A DNA stretch of 64,000 nucleotides. Origin: Squalus acanthias (Eukaryota). The stretch is taken from contig CM059432.1 in the NCBI GenBank assembly GCA_030390025.1, forward strand, positions 41,170,001 through 41,234,000. Reading direction: 5' to 3'. Below are positions 12,702-25,674 of this stretch, piece after piece. The position numbers and the translations under genes are program-made. Below the pieces are notes generated by a model, which saw only the letters and a list, made by a program, of their open reading frames with translations, was not told the origin of the DNA and ran no database searches. The first letter of the stretch is position 1; every line of letters starts with the position of its first letter.

Positions 12702-13273
12702 CTCGGGGGCAGGGCAAAAATAATATTTCAAGACATGGGTCTGGAGACTAATAGGGCTGTGATGTTTGGATGTCTTGAAGGGCTGAATGGTAGTTAGGGA
12801 GGTAATTGAAGAACCTGGGGGCTGGGGGTACAGAACAGCGAGTGGGAGCTAGGCATAAGATGAATCAAGATGGCTGCATTGTGACCCTCTGGAGGAACAA
12901 ATTGGATTGTGGGAGCACTGAGGTGAGATGAGGTCTGGGAGCAGTGAGGAGGACAATTGGATTGAGATCACTGGTAGGAGACTGGGAGCAATTGAAGGTG
13001 TGGATGTGGGGCTGCAAACAATTCAGGTCATAGGACTTTTGAATTAAATAGACTTCTACGCGGTTAAGTTGTATGTGTAAGACATGAATTTCCAATCTAT
13101 AGAGTTCAGATCTCTTAGCACTAAAACAAAGTAATTAGAATTGTATTTTCATGTTTTGGGAAACCTTTGAAGTCCACAGCACTGCAAGAGCACGACAGAC
13201 TACATAAAGCTCCGATGCATCCAGATTTGTGAGCATTGTGTCCAGTTTTGATTCCTGCACATGGTGAAGGATA

Positions 13274-15540
13274 TTCTTCTTCTTTCGTATGGTAGTAGCA
13301 AAGCAAGTCAAATGTCTGTGGCCCAGAAATTGATATCGCTCTGTTCCCGCGGGGGTAAGCCTTTCCCGCGATGTCTCACCTCGCTTATGCTTTTTCAGAT
13401 CCAGCTCGCACGAACTTGATGTTCCAGACATCAGCTGTGCTGGGCTTGCGTATCCCAGCGGCGTAGTGAATTCGTGCGAGCTGTGGGATCACGTGACTCA
13501 GTTAGAGCCAATGGCAGCACACCATCTTCCATTCATAAGTCTCACAGCATGGCTGTGAAATCTATGAATCTTACACCCCCCCAAAATAACAGCTAAACCT
13601 CAATTAAATTTAAAAAAAAAACCATCACATTAATAAAATAAGTATAGTTAATTAAATTAACCATTTTAAATAAAAAATTAAATTTTTGAAAAAATTTAAA
13701 ATCTTTTAAAAAGTTATAAAAATAAACTTACCTGTCTTTAAAGTCTCTAAAAAAGATATACCTGTAAAAAAAAAATTCAAAAAAATACTTAATTCACTAC
13801 TTACCTTCTTAAAAGCGGGTCTTACTCCTCCTTTTTACATTTCCAAAATCTTCCCTACTTACCTGCGCGTCCAAAGCATGAAGTGCACAGCGTGCGCGCA
13901 GCCTGTAGCGCGCACGCGATGCACCCAGGCCCCGCCCCCTTTTCAGAAGAGCAATTGCCGGTTTTCAGCGCATACGCAGGGCATGCAGAAAACCGGCAAT
14001 TGGAGTGGGAATACGCGAGAGTACGCAGTGCGTACTCTCGCGTCCCGGGATCAATTTTCGGCCCAATATCTAAGTCAGATATCCAGGCCAAAGCTTCCGG
14101 TGTAACAGCGTGGATTTCTTGTAGGCTGCCTGCGAATTTCCTCTGAGGGCAGTGCTCAGTGATGCGCTCCAGGGTCTGATTAGGAGCTCTAGAGTCACAT
14201 GATGGGGATACCATCTATGGAGAAGGTGGCAGCATTTACCATGACTGGTTCTGAGGCGGTTGATGGTTTGTCCACTGTTTGCGAGGAAGGTTTGATCCTT
14301 CAGGTTGTACTGTGGATCCTCTATAAGGAATCCATTCCGTATGTCATAGTTCTTCCAAGCATTTCGCCATCGGTCATCAAGGCTGAGGGGAGATCGCTGA
14401 AGGGCTTCGGCGACGGTTCAAATTGGCCTTCTAGATTTGAGATGGGTTGGTGGTAGGTTGTTCAAGTCGGCCTGGATCGGCATGCCTTTGCTGGTGTAGC
14501 GGTTGTGTTCTCTGGAGACTGCATATTCGCGGCGTAGGTGTGGTGGTGCGATGTTTGCAAGCACTGGCAGCCAATGTGTTAATATCGATAAAAGCGATAA
14601 TTCTCATAGTAGAATTTAGCTGGTCATCAACGGATTTGACATGCGGACTCGATAGCCATGCTGGAGAGCAGTACTCCGCTGTAGAGAACACCAGGGCGAG
14701 TGTTGCCGTACGGAGGGTTTGAGTGTCTGCTCCCCATGTGGATCCGGCGAGTTTCTGGATCAAGTTGACCCTACTCTTTAGTTTCTTCCCAAGGCACTGG
14801 AGATGTTGCTTATATGACAGGGTGCAAGCAAGCGTGACTCCTAAATAGGAGGTTTTTTTGGCATGGTTTACCTCTGCGCCGCAAAAGGAGACTTTCAAAG
14901 CTTGGTTTGCTTGATGGGTGTTGAGGTGGAATGTTGAGGTAACGGTCTTTTGTGGGTTTGGCCGAAGTTGCCATCAGCGGAAGTAGGCCTCCATCCTCTG
15001 TAAATCACTGGTTAGGGTCTCCTCGGTGATGGACAGATTCATGTGTGGCCAAGGCAATGTCATCAGCGTATACAAACTTGCGGGACTCTATTTCGGGCAG
15101 GTCACTGGTGTAAATGTTGAATAATATGAGTGCCAGGACAGAACCCTGTGGGAGTCCATTGTTCGATGTCCAATATCTGCTCTTCTGGGTGCCAGAGTGT
15201 ACACGAAAGCGTCGGTTGCTAAGCATGGAGTTTAGAAGATGGATCATTGTTCTGCAGGGTAAAATGGTGGCGGGTTTGCAAAGCAGTTCATGCTTCTATA
15301 CTGTGTTATACGCCGTTGACAGGCCCATGAGTGCTAGGGCGGTCTTGAGCTGGCGCTGGAAGCCTGCTTCGATGTGCGTTGTTAAAGCTACCACTTGGTC
15401 GCAGCAGATATGTCTGCTCCGGAAGCCCACTTGCTCCTTAGGAATGGTTGGCTCGATGATGGGAGCTAGTCTGTGGAGTAGTAGCCTCTCCAGCACTTTA
15501 TAACAAGTGCAAAGTTAGGAGATCGGGCGGTAGCTGAAGG
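13274..15540 (-). mobile_element. Vingi/Ingi-like (I-group) LINE relic, interrupted by a MITE
   Basis: Peptides NNGLPQGSVLA..YADDIA, KLAGSTWGADTQTLRTATLALVFSTAEYCSPAW and C-terminal TPEALAWISDLDI. The 3' end CCATACG-(AAG)n lies at 13274-13292, beyond the MITE. Confidence 0.7.
13320..14064. mobile_element. Harbinger-type MITE
   Basis: TIRs GGCCCAGAAATTGAT / ATCAATTTTCGGCCC, with GC-rich ends and an AT-rich core. Confidence 0.75.
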
Positions 15541-15544
15541 ATAT

Positions 15545-16073
15545 TGAGACTCTGGTGAGGATGAAGAAGAGGGTGACCAGGATTATACCAAACGTTGGAG
15601 CTCTTCATTATAAGGATGAGCTCTGAGATTTGGGGTTCTTCACTTTGGATGAGTGCAGGCTAAGAGAAAGAAAGAAAGACTCGCATTTATATAGCGCCTT
15701 TCACGACCACTGGACGTCTCAAAGTGCTTTACAGCCAATGAGGGGAGATGATTGAGATTTTTAAAATGTCAAAGGAATGCAACTCAATCTGATTTAGATA
15801 AGTTATTTGAGATAGCAACAGATGGGAGGATTAGAGGTCATGCATGTAAAATCCACAGACAAGGTGTCAGGTTAGGAATTATTTCACTCTCTGGAATTTA
15901 ACTGCCAAGCACGGGGTGGTGGGTAAGATATCACTACAGTCTCTTAAAAGAGAACTCCTTAAGTTCCTGAGAGAAAAGGGCATTTCCAGTTAGAGAGTAA
16001 GTTGCTAGTTAGTCATAACTATGAAAAGTTATAAGCTACCACAGAATTTGTTTGATTGCCTTAAGAAGTTAGA
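15545..16073 (+). mobile_element. Old CR1 3' fragment that continues at 21845-22000; contains a SINE/L2 tail at about 15665-15740
   Basis: Degenerate RT C-terminus. Its 3'UTR resembles 22880-23010 and 50940-51060 and is split by the 16074-21844 insertion. Confidence 0.6.
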
Positions 16074-17880
16074 ACATAAGAATTAGGAGCAGGAGTAGGC
16101 CATACAGCCCCTCGAGCCTGCTCCGCCATTCAATAAGATCATGGCTGATCTTCAACCTCAACTCCACTTTCCTGCCCGATTGCCATATCTCTTGATTCAC
16201 CTAGAGTCCAAAAATCTATCTATCTCAACGACTCAGCATCCACAGCCCTTTGTGGTAGAGAATTCCAAATATTCACAATCCTCTGAGTGAAGAAATTCCT
16301 CCTCATCTCAGTCTTAAATGGCCGACCCCTAGATCTAGACTCTCCAGCCAGGGGAAACAACCTCTCAACATCTACCCTGTTAATCCCCCTCAGAATCTTA
16401 TGTTTCAATGAGATCACCTCTCATTCTTCTAAACTCCAGAGAGTATAGGCCCATTCTACTCAACCTCTCCTCGTAGGACAACCCTCTCATCCCAGGAATC
16501 CATCTAGTGAACCTTCGTTGCACCGCTTCTAAGGCATGTATGTCCTTCCTCAGATAAGGAGACCAAAACTGTGCACAGTACTTCAGGTGTGGTCTCACCA
16601 AAGCCCTGTCCAATTGTAGCAAGACTTCCTTACTCTTATACTCCAACCCTTTTGCAATAATGGCCAACCTGCCATTTGCCTTCCTAATTGCTTGCTGTAC
16701 CTGCATGCTATCTCTCTGTGTTTCCTGTACAAGAGTACCTAAATCTCGGTGAACACCAACAGTTAATAGTTTCTCACCATTTAAAAAAAATTCTGTTTTT
16801 CTATTCTTCCTACCAAAGTGAATAACCTCACATTTTCCCACAATATACTCCATCTGCCACCTTCTAGCCCACTCACTAAACCTGTCTACATCCCTTTGCA
16901 GGTTCTTTGTGTCCTCTCACAGCTTACTTTCCCACCTAGCTTTGTATGATCAGCAAACTTGGATACATTGCACTCGGTCCCTTCATCTAAGTCATTAATA
17001 TAGATTGTAAATAGCTGAGGCCCAAGCACTGATCCTTGCGGCACCCTACTAGTTACAGCCTACCAACTGGAAAATGACCCATTTATCCCTACTCTCTATT
17101 TTCTGTCCGTTAACCAATCCTCTATCCATGCTAATATACTACCCCCAATTCCATGAGCCCTTATTTTGCGTAGCAACCTTTTATGTGGCACCTTATCAAA
17201 TGCCGTTTGGAAATCCAAATATACTACTTCCACTGGTTCCCCTTTATCTACCCTGTTAGTTACATCCTCAAAAACCTCCAATAAATTTGTTAAACATGAT
17301 TTCCCTTTTATAAAACCATGTTGATTCTGCCTAGTCATATTATGTTTTTCTAAGTGCTACGGTTACCACTTCCTTAATACTGGATTCCAGCATTTAAATG
17401 ACGACTGCTGTCAGGCTAACTGGCCTGTAGTTTCCCTGTTTTCTCTCTCCCTCCTTTCTTGAACAGCGGGGTTACATTTGCTACCTTTCAATCCACTGGG
17501 ATTGTTCCAGAATCGAGGGAATTTTGGAAGATCACAACCAGTGCATCCACTATCTCTGCAGCCACCTCTTTTAGAACCTTAGGAAGTCGGCCATCAGGTC
17601 CAGGGGATTTATTGGCTTTTAGTCCCATTAGTTTCTGAAGTACTTTTCTCTACTGATATTGATTACTTTTCCTCACTCTCATTAGCCCCTTGGTTCCCCA
17701 CTATTTTTGGTATGCTATTTGTGTCTTCTACTGTGAAGACAGATACAAAATATTTGTTTAAAGTCTCTGCCATTTCCTTATTCACCATTATAATTTCTCC
17801 TGTCTCAGCCTCTAAGGGACCAACGCTTACCTTTGCTACTCTCTTCCTTTTTATATACTTGTAGAAGCTCTTCCAATTTT
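16074..17880 (-). mobile_element. CR1 3' half (RT to tail)
   Basis: RT fragments 16220-17338; 5' truncation at KSFYKY. Confidence 0.88.
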
Positions 17881-18492
17881 TTTTAAGTTAAAGTGGTCTT
17901 AAACGGAGTGCTTCTAAACAGACTGATAAAATTGGGAATTTGGAGAGAGTGGGAGAGTGGAAGTCTCTGGTGCTAATTACTGTGAGCAGGGAGCTGAGAC
18001 TGCACATGCAACTTGGGTGTGGTTCCAAGTATATAAAAGTAAACACTATCTGCTGATGCACAGAGTGGTCTTAAACGGAGTGCTTCTAAACAGAGTGATA
18101 AAGTTGGGAATTTGGAGAGAGTGGGAATTCGGAGCAGGGGGAAGGAGGTGCGGCTTTTTGCTTCCACTACTTGTAGTGCTTTGTGTTACAGGTAAATATT
18201 TAGGGGGAAAAATTCGGTTGATTAACGCCTCCCGTTAGCGCCCTAAGAGGGCATTAACGGGGCGCAAAGCAACTAGCGCCCGAGCGCGGCAATGTTTGCA
18301 CTGCTCGCAAAATTGACCAGACATTTTGCGGCGGCGTTAAACAGTACCGCCACAATCTCCTGCGTTCTTGCTGCCTGTGTGGCTGAGGGCAAAGTCTGCA
18401 GGGTGGATGAGCAAACTGACCACGGCACCGTGATACAGGAGACTATTCAAGTGGGGGGAGTGAAAAGGAATGTTGTAGTGGTAGAGGACAGT

Positions 18493-18793
18493 CTTCTTCT
18501 GGCGGAGAAGCACTATTGGAGCGAATACATGAACTCATTTCTCTTATTTGGAAGGAGGACAGCATGCCATGGGATCTCAGAGATGCCGTAATCGTGACCA
18601 TCTTCAAGAAAGGTGACAAGTGCAATTGCGGTAATTACAGAGGAGTCTCCCTGCTGTCTGCCACAGGGAAAGTCATCGCAAGAATCCTCCTCAGTCACCT
18701 TCTCCCAGTGGCTGAAGAGCTCCCCCCCAGAGTCGCAATGCTGATTCCGCCCACTAAGGGGCACAATGGACATGATCTTCACCGCGCGTCAAC
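18493..18793 (+). mobile_element. RTE (BovB-like) fragment with an 11-bp TSD
   Basis: Translates to ERIHELISLIWKE..NYRGVSLLS; TSD TAGAGGACAGT/TAGAGGGCAGT. Confidence 0.85.
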
Positions 18794-19573
18794 TAGAGGG
18801 CAGTATAGTCAGGGGGATAGATACTGTTCTCCACAGCCACGACTGGGAGTTCCAAAGGCTCTGTTGCCTGCCCGGCCAGGGTTAAGGATAACTCCTCAAA
18901 GCAGGAGAAGAATTTGGGGTGGGAGGGGGAGGATCCAGTTGTCATGGTCCACGTAGGAACCAATTACATAGGTAGAACTAGGAATGAGGTTCTTCTGAGA
19001 GTTTGAGGAGCTAGGAACCAAATTAAAACGCAGAACTTCAAAGGTAATAATATCTGGATTGTTACCTGAGCCACGTGCAAATTGGCATAGGGACAAACAG
19101 ATTAGAGGTTTAAATGCGTGGCTCAAAGAGTGGTGTGGGAGGAAGGGGTTTCAATTCATGGGGCTCTGGCACCAGTATTGGGGAAAGAGGGAGCTGTTCC
19201 ATTGGGACGGGCCCCACTTAAACCAGGCTGGAACCAGTGTCCTGGCAAATCGAATAACTAGGGCAGTAGACAGGGCTTTAAACTAAAAAGGGAGGTGGGT
19301 GAGGTAGGGGACAGGTTAGGGGAAATTTGGAAAAGTCAAGGCAATGGAGCATTGTAGCAATTTGGGTGAAGGCAAGCAGAGTGTGACAGGAAGATACAGA
19401 GAGTTTAACGGTAATAGTGCATCAATGACTAAGGTGAAAGCAGGGAATAATGGTAAAAAATTTAAATTAAAGGCTCTTTATCTGAATGCATGAAGCATTC
19501 GTAACAAGATAGACAAATTAGTGGCACAGATGGAGATAAATGGCTTTGATCCAATAGCCATTACAGAGACATG

Positions 19574-20717
19574 GGGCTGGATTTTGCCAGCCCTTGGGAG
19601 GCGAGTTTGGAGGCGGGACTGCTGGGAAAATGGCAGAATTTGGTGGCGGGTGCCCAACCTGCCCCCAACCTGCCTCCATGCCATCTTGCCAGGAGGCCGG
19701 TAGCCGTCCCACGCCGGGTCCCGTCTCCTTGGAGGCAGGAAGGGATTACAGCCACTTAACTGCCCGTTAACAGGCAGAAAATAGGATTATCCCCATTTTT
19801 CCCACACAAGTGCAGTCTTCCCGAAAGCTCTGAAACCCGCCAGAGTCACCGAGGCGAGTAGTGTGTCTGCGGGGGTCGGAGGGGTCCAAAAGTGTGCTGT
19901 GGAGGTGAGTGATGGGTGTAAGTGTGGAGAGGTGAGTATCTGAGGTAAATGCAAAGTGTTAGAAAAAGTGTACTTACCTTTGTTTCTTCCTGCAGGCTTC
20001 AATCGGTGGGTATGCGGAGAGTCTCGCACCTTCGCGGTAGAGATGACAGATGGCTGTTGCATTCTCCAATGCAGCAACCATCTAATTTCTGCAAAAGAAA
20101 GAGGTTTGATGAGGTCTTGAATTCAAGAGCTCATCAAACTACAAAGAATGTCAGTGTTTGACAGCTTCACAGAGCTGTCAAACGATGACAATTCATCTGT
20201 CAAAAATTTTTGACTGATGAAACGTCACTCGCTGACGTTCTCTGCAACTGGCTTTCCCTTAATTGGCCTGCTAAGCCCGCTGGGCGGGCTTAACAAGGTC
20301 AATCAAGGGAAAATAGCGTAGGGTTGGCCACAAATCGATGGAGGCAGGACATCGACCCGCCAAGCAGCAGTCCCGCCTCAAAGCGCCCCATTAACAAAAT
20401 CGTCCCCTTAGTTTACTGATATATTTTGTATTAAATAGAATAAATGGAATGCTTGTGTTACCCTTCAGGCCCTGGTGGAGTTAAGAACATGAATAAGTGA
20501 TCACCCATCCTCATGAGTGACATGCACAAGTTTTTCATAAGTTGACGTTCTCTGTAACCGGCTTTCCCTTAATTAGCCTGCTAAGCCCGCTGGGCGGGCT
20601 TAACAAGGTCAATCAAGGGAAAATAGTGTGGGTTGCCAGAGGTTGATGGAGGAGGGACTGAAACCCGACAAGTGGGAGTCCCGCCTCCAAAAGCTCCCCA
20701 TTGGCAAAATCCAGCCC
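19574..20717. mobile_element. Non-autonomous Harbinger element inserted in CR1 ORF2
   Basis: Perfect TIR GGGCTGGATTTTGCCA / TGGCAAAATCCAGCCC; 3-bp TSD ATG/CTG; splits the host at ITETW|LQDD. Confidence 0.85.
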
Positions 20718-22374
20718 CTGGTTGCAAGATGACCTGGGGTGGGAATTACATATTCCAGGGTACTTGATGTTTCGAAAAGACAGGCAGAATGGAAAAGGAG
20801 GGGGGGGGGCGGTAGCCCTGATAATAAAGGATGACATAAGGACAGTAATGAGAAAGGATCTCGGCTCGAAGATCAGGAAGTAGAATCAATATGGGTGGAG
20901 GTAAGGAATAACAAGGGGCAGAAAGGGGAGTAGTTTATAGGCTCCCAAACAGTAGCTATACCATTGGAAAGAGTATTAATCAACAAATAATAGGAGCTTG
21001 TAACAAAGGTAATACAATAATTATGGGGGACTTTAATCTCATATAGACTGGGTAAATCAAATTGGCAAAGGTAGTCTGGAAGATGAGTTCGTGGAATACA
21101 TTCGAGACAGTTTCCTAGAACAATACGTCGTGTAATGAGACAGGGTTAATTAGTAATCTCATAGTAAAGGATCATCTGGGGAAGAGTGATCATAATATGA
21201 TAGAATTTCACATTGGGTTTGAGAGTGAAATACTTAATTCTGAAACAAGTGTCTTAAACTTAAATAAAGGCAATTACATAGGTATGAGGGGTGAGTTGGC
21301 TAAGGTAGATTGGAAAATTAGGTTAAAAGGTATGACGGTAGATAAGCAGTGGCAAACATTTAAAGAAATATTCCAAAATTCTCAACGAATATACATTCCA
21401 TTGAGAAATAAAAACTCCACGGGAAAAGTGATCCATCCATGGCAAACCAAAGAAGTTAAGGATAGTATTAGATTAAAAGAAGAGCCTTATAATGTTGCGA
21501 AGAATAGTAGTAAGCCTGAGGATTCGGAGAGCTTTCGAAACCAGCAAAGGATGACCAAAAAATTGATGATAAGTGAGAAAATAGAATATGAAAGTAAACT
21601 AGCAAGAACATAACATAAGAATTAGGAGCAGGAGTAGGCCATACGGCCCCTCGAGCCTGCTCCGCCATTCAATAAGATCATGGCTGATCTTCGACCTCAA
21701 CTCCACTTTCTTGCCCGATCACCATATCCCTTGATTCCCCTAGAGGATCCTTTACTATGAGATTACAAATTAACCCTGTCTCATTACACAATACAAGGTT
21801 CTAAAAAAGCCTGATCCCAGGTTGGTTCCACGACGTAGGAAACTGTTAGAGATGAATTTCCTTAATTAACACATGGGATTTCCGCCCCCCGCCCCTTTTT
21901 TTTGTACCTCTCCAGGAGATAGCATGGTCACAATGGTTGCAACATTGCTTGGATTGGGTAGGCTTGATGTGTCTGATATTTTCTTGCCCTGTTTGTATAT
22001 TCGTAGGTATTATTCGCACCTTGTGGAAAATGTGTTAATCTTGGGATATGAATGTCTTCCTGCAAATATCTCCCTTTAATGGTTCAGCCATTGGAGTAGT
22101 TGAATTTGACTACTCCCCGCTATGTTAACCTGCATAAATTAACATTTCAAAACAGCCTGTCCTATTCATCGATCCACCTTTTCCACTCCTTTCATACACT
22201 TTTTCTACCCCTGCACAATCTTCCTTTCTCTTTCTCTTCCCCTTCCCCCACCCCTCCCAGCACCACCCACCAGCACGTCCATCCTCCCATACATATACTC
22301 TTCTCGCTGTCTCTCTCTTGCTCCCTGTCATGCATTTCTTGCTCTATCCTCCTTACGTACTGGGGAACACAGTT

Positions 22375-23480
22375 TAACACCTTACTACAAAACCTTAGTC
22401 AGGCCGCACTTAGAATACTGTGTCCAGTTTTGGTCTTCTCACATGGTGGGTGATATTGAGGCTTTGGGAGGGTACAGAGGAGGGCCACTAGACCTAATTC
22501 CCAGTCTAAAGCATCTTAGTTATCAAGATAGGCTAAAAGAGTTGGGACTCTACACTTTAGAGCAGCGTAGACTTAGAGGTGACCTGATTGAGGTTTATAT
22601 GATAATGAAGGGAATAGATTGTGTTCCAGTTGGCAGTTTGTTTCAATTAAATAGGTTAGGGTGGACCAGGGGTCACAAATTTGATTTGTATAAGACTCGA
22701 TCTAGGTTAGATGTCAGGAGGTGGTCCCTTTCCCAGAGAACAGTGGACCTCTGGAACAGGCTGCCGTCTCATGCGGTGGATGCTGATTTGCTAAATTCCT
22801 TCAAGTGAGAGCCGGACCTGTTTCTGGCTGGGGCGGAGATCACCTCTTACAGAAGGTAGGGAATTCAGGCCCAGAGTGATCTCCTGGACTAGTTTCGATC
22901 GGCTAGATGGGTCATAGAGGAATTTCCCAGATTTTCCCCCCCCCAAATTGGCCTGGGTTTTTTAATCTTTTTTTGCCTTTCCCAGGAGATCACATGGTTT
23001 CAGGTGGGGTGGAGTCATAGAGTCATAACAGCTCAGAAGAAGGCCATTTGGCCCATTAAGTCCGCGCCGGCTCACTGCAGAGCAGTCCAGTCAGTCCCAC
23101 TCCGCCGCTCTATCCCCGTAGCCCTGCAAGTTTATATATTGTGATTCACAAAGATACAGGGGGAATGTGAGGGGAAACTTTTTTACGCAGCGAGTGGTGA
23201 TGACCTGGAATTCGCTGCCGACGGAAGTGGTGGAAGCGGACACACTCAATGTTTTCAAGGGGAGGCTGGATAGGCACTTGAGGGAAATAAACTTGCAGGG
23301 CTTTGGGGATAGAGCGCGGGAATGGGACTGACTGGATTGCTCTACAGAGAGCCGGCACGGACTCGATGGGCCGAATGGCCGCCTCCTGTGCTGTTATGAC
23401 TCTATAACAAGGTATCGTAATTGTGTGGGACAGACTCGATGGACCAGAGGGTCTTTACCTGTCCGCCATTGTTCGTATGT
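22375..23480 (+). mobile_element. Old CR1 3' fragment with two nested CR1 3' ends (23015-23133 minus, 23150-23406 plus)
   Basis: ORF 22443-22808 is an RT C-terminus; the nested tails are in inverted orientation. Confidence 0.75.
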
Positions 23481-24124
23481 ATCTTTTCCAAAATTTGGGA
23501 TTGAGACACTTGCCAGATTCTGTGTTGTGCTCTGTGCTAATGAGTGAGTCAACAAGCTAACTGGGTCCCTGGGTAAGAGTGCTGGTGTGCCACTATACTC
23601 TAAGTTAAATGCAGATTGCCTTCAGCAGTAGACAGAGAGAGTGACACAAAGTTGGACGTACAATGCTAATGACAAGAGAAAGTGTGAGAGGCACACAGAA
23701 AAAGGGAAAGCGGAAAGTGTGCAAGACAAATAGAAAAAAAGTGAAAGAGATTTAGCGAGTGGGAGACCAGCAGCGAAGTAAAAGACTTTTTTTCATCTGT
23801 GAACAACACTGCAGAACAAATAGTTTGCACGAAAGAATGCTGCCATTCAGTAATACGAAGACCTGTTTGCTTCTGACCCCATCCCCCAATCAGGTGCATG
23901 AGCTATTTGAGGACATCAAATTCTCCTGCCCAGCAAGAATGTTGGCTCAATTAAATGTGGGATTTTAGTATGCAATTTCCATTGATTCCCATTGTACAAA
24001 GGACTCAATCCATGTGTAATATTTCATACCTCACTAATTCTATACTTAGGAGGATTATGTTATGTAAAATGCACATGTATAGATCTTCAATATAAAGTTG
24101 ATGGTGCAGCTTTCAGGTATTTCA

Positions 24125-25442
24125 ACAGCAACAACTTGTATTTATATAGCGCTTTTAACGTAAAACGTCCCAAGGCGCTGCACAGGAGTATTTTAAGACA
24201 AAAAATTTGACACCGAGCCACGTAAGGATAAATTACGGCAGGTGACCAAAGCTTGGTCAAAGAGGTAGGTTTTAAGGAGCCCCTTAAAGGAGGAGAGGTT
24301 TAGGCAGGGAATTCCAGAGCTTAGGGCCTAGGCAACAGAAGGCACGGCCACCAAAGGGAGGGATTTGAAAACAAGGATGAGAATTTTGAAATCCAGGCGC
24401 TGCTTAACCAGGAGCCAATGTAGGTCAGAGAGCACATGGGAGATGGGCGAACAGGACTTGGTGCGAGTTAGGACACGGGCAGCCGAGTTTTGGATGACCT
24501 CAAGTTTATGTAGGGTGGAATGTGGGACGCCGGCCAGGAGTGCTTTGGAATAGTCAAGTCTAGAGGTAACAAAGGCATGGATGAGGGTTTCAGCAGCAGA
24601 TGAGGTGAGGCAAGGGCGGAGACGGGCGATGTTACGGAGGTGGAAGTAGGCGGTCTTTGTTACGCTGCGGATATGTGGTCGGAAGCTCATTTCAGGGTCA
24701 AATATGACACCAAGTTTGCGAACAGTGTGGTTCAGCCTCAGACAGATGTTAGGGAGAGAGGGATGAAGTCAGTGGCTAGGGAACGGAGTTTGTGGCAGGG
24801 ACCGAAAACAATGGCTTCGGTCTTCCCAATATTTAATTGGAGAACATTTTTGCTCATCCAGAACTATATGTCGGACAAGCAGTCTGACAATTTAGACACC
24901 GTGGAGGGGTCGAGAGAAGAGGTAGTGAAGTAGAGCAGCTGGGTGTCGTCAGCGTACATGTGGAAACTGACGCTGTGTTTTTGGATGATGTCGCTAAGGG
25001 GCAACATGTAGATGAGAAATAGGAGGGGGCCCAGGATAGATCCTTGGGGGACACCAGTGGTAACAATGCGGGAGCGGGAAGAGAAGCCGTTGCAGGTGAT
25101 TCTCTGGTTACGATTAGATAGATTAGAATGGAACCAGGTGAGTGCAGCCCCACCCAGCTGGACGACAGTGGAGAGGTGTTGGAGAAGGATGGAGTGGTCA
25201 ACTGTGTCAAAGTCTGCAGACAAATCAAGAAGGACGAGGAGGGATAGTTTACCTTTGTCACCGCCACAAAGGATGTCATTTGTGACTGATGAGAGCTGTT
25301 TCAGTACTGTGGCAAGGGCAGAAACCTGATTGGAGGGATTCAAACATGGAATTGCGGGAAAGATGGGCACGGATTTGGAAGGCGACAACACGTTCAAGAA
25401 CTTTGGAGAGGAAAGGGAGGTTGGAGATGGGGCGGTAGTTTG
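24125..25442 (-). mobile_element. L2-clade LINE 3' fragment
   Basis: Peptides LLDLSADFDTVDH, QGSILGPLLF, YADDTQL and FVTSRLDYS; L2-type 3' tail GGCGCTATATAAATACAAGTTGTTG-like on the minus strand. Confidence 0.88.
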
Positions 25443-25674
25443 CGTGGGAGGTGGGAGAATGCAGACCTATGGTAAGTGCACAATTAGAGTTTGCACAGAG
25501 CATTCGGTTGGATTTTTGTTCATGACAAATATGTAAGAGTATTTCTAGACTGGGGTTTCATCAGGGGATGAGTTATTTTGAAGTTTTTCTTTTTACTATT
25601 TCAAACCCCTTCTTTCATATTTTCTTCCCTCTACTGAAAGCACAGATTCCTCCATGGAGTACAGTTTCACTGGT

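Larger units (their letters stand above)
17885..21609 (+). mobile_element. CR1 5' half (5'UTR, ORF1 esterase, ORF2 endonuclease) with nested insertions
   Basis: Esterase pieces (DGPHLNQAGT), ORF2 pieces AITETW, GWELHIPGY and SDH; ends at EYESKLAR. Confidence 0.85.
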
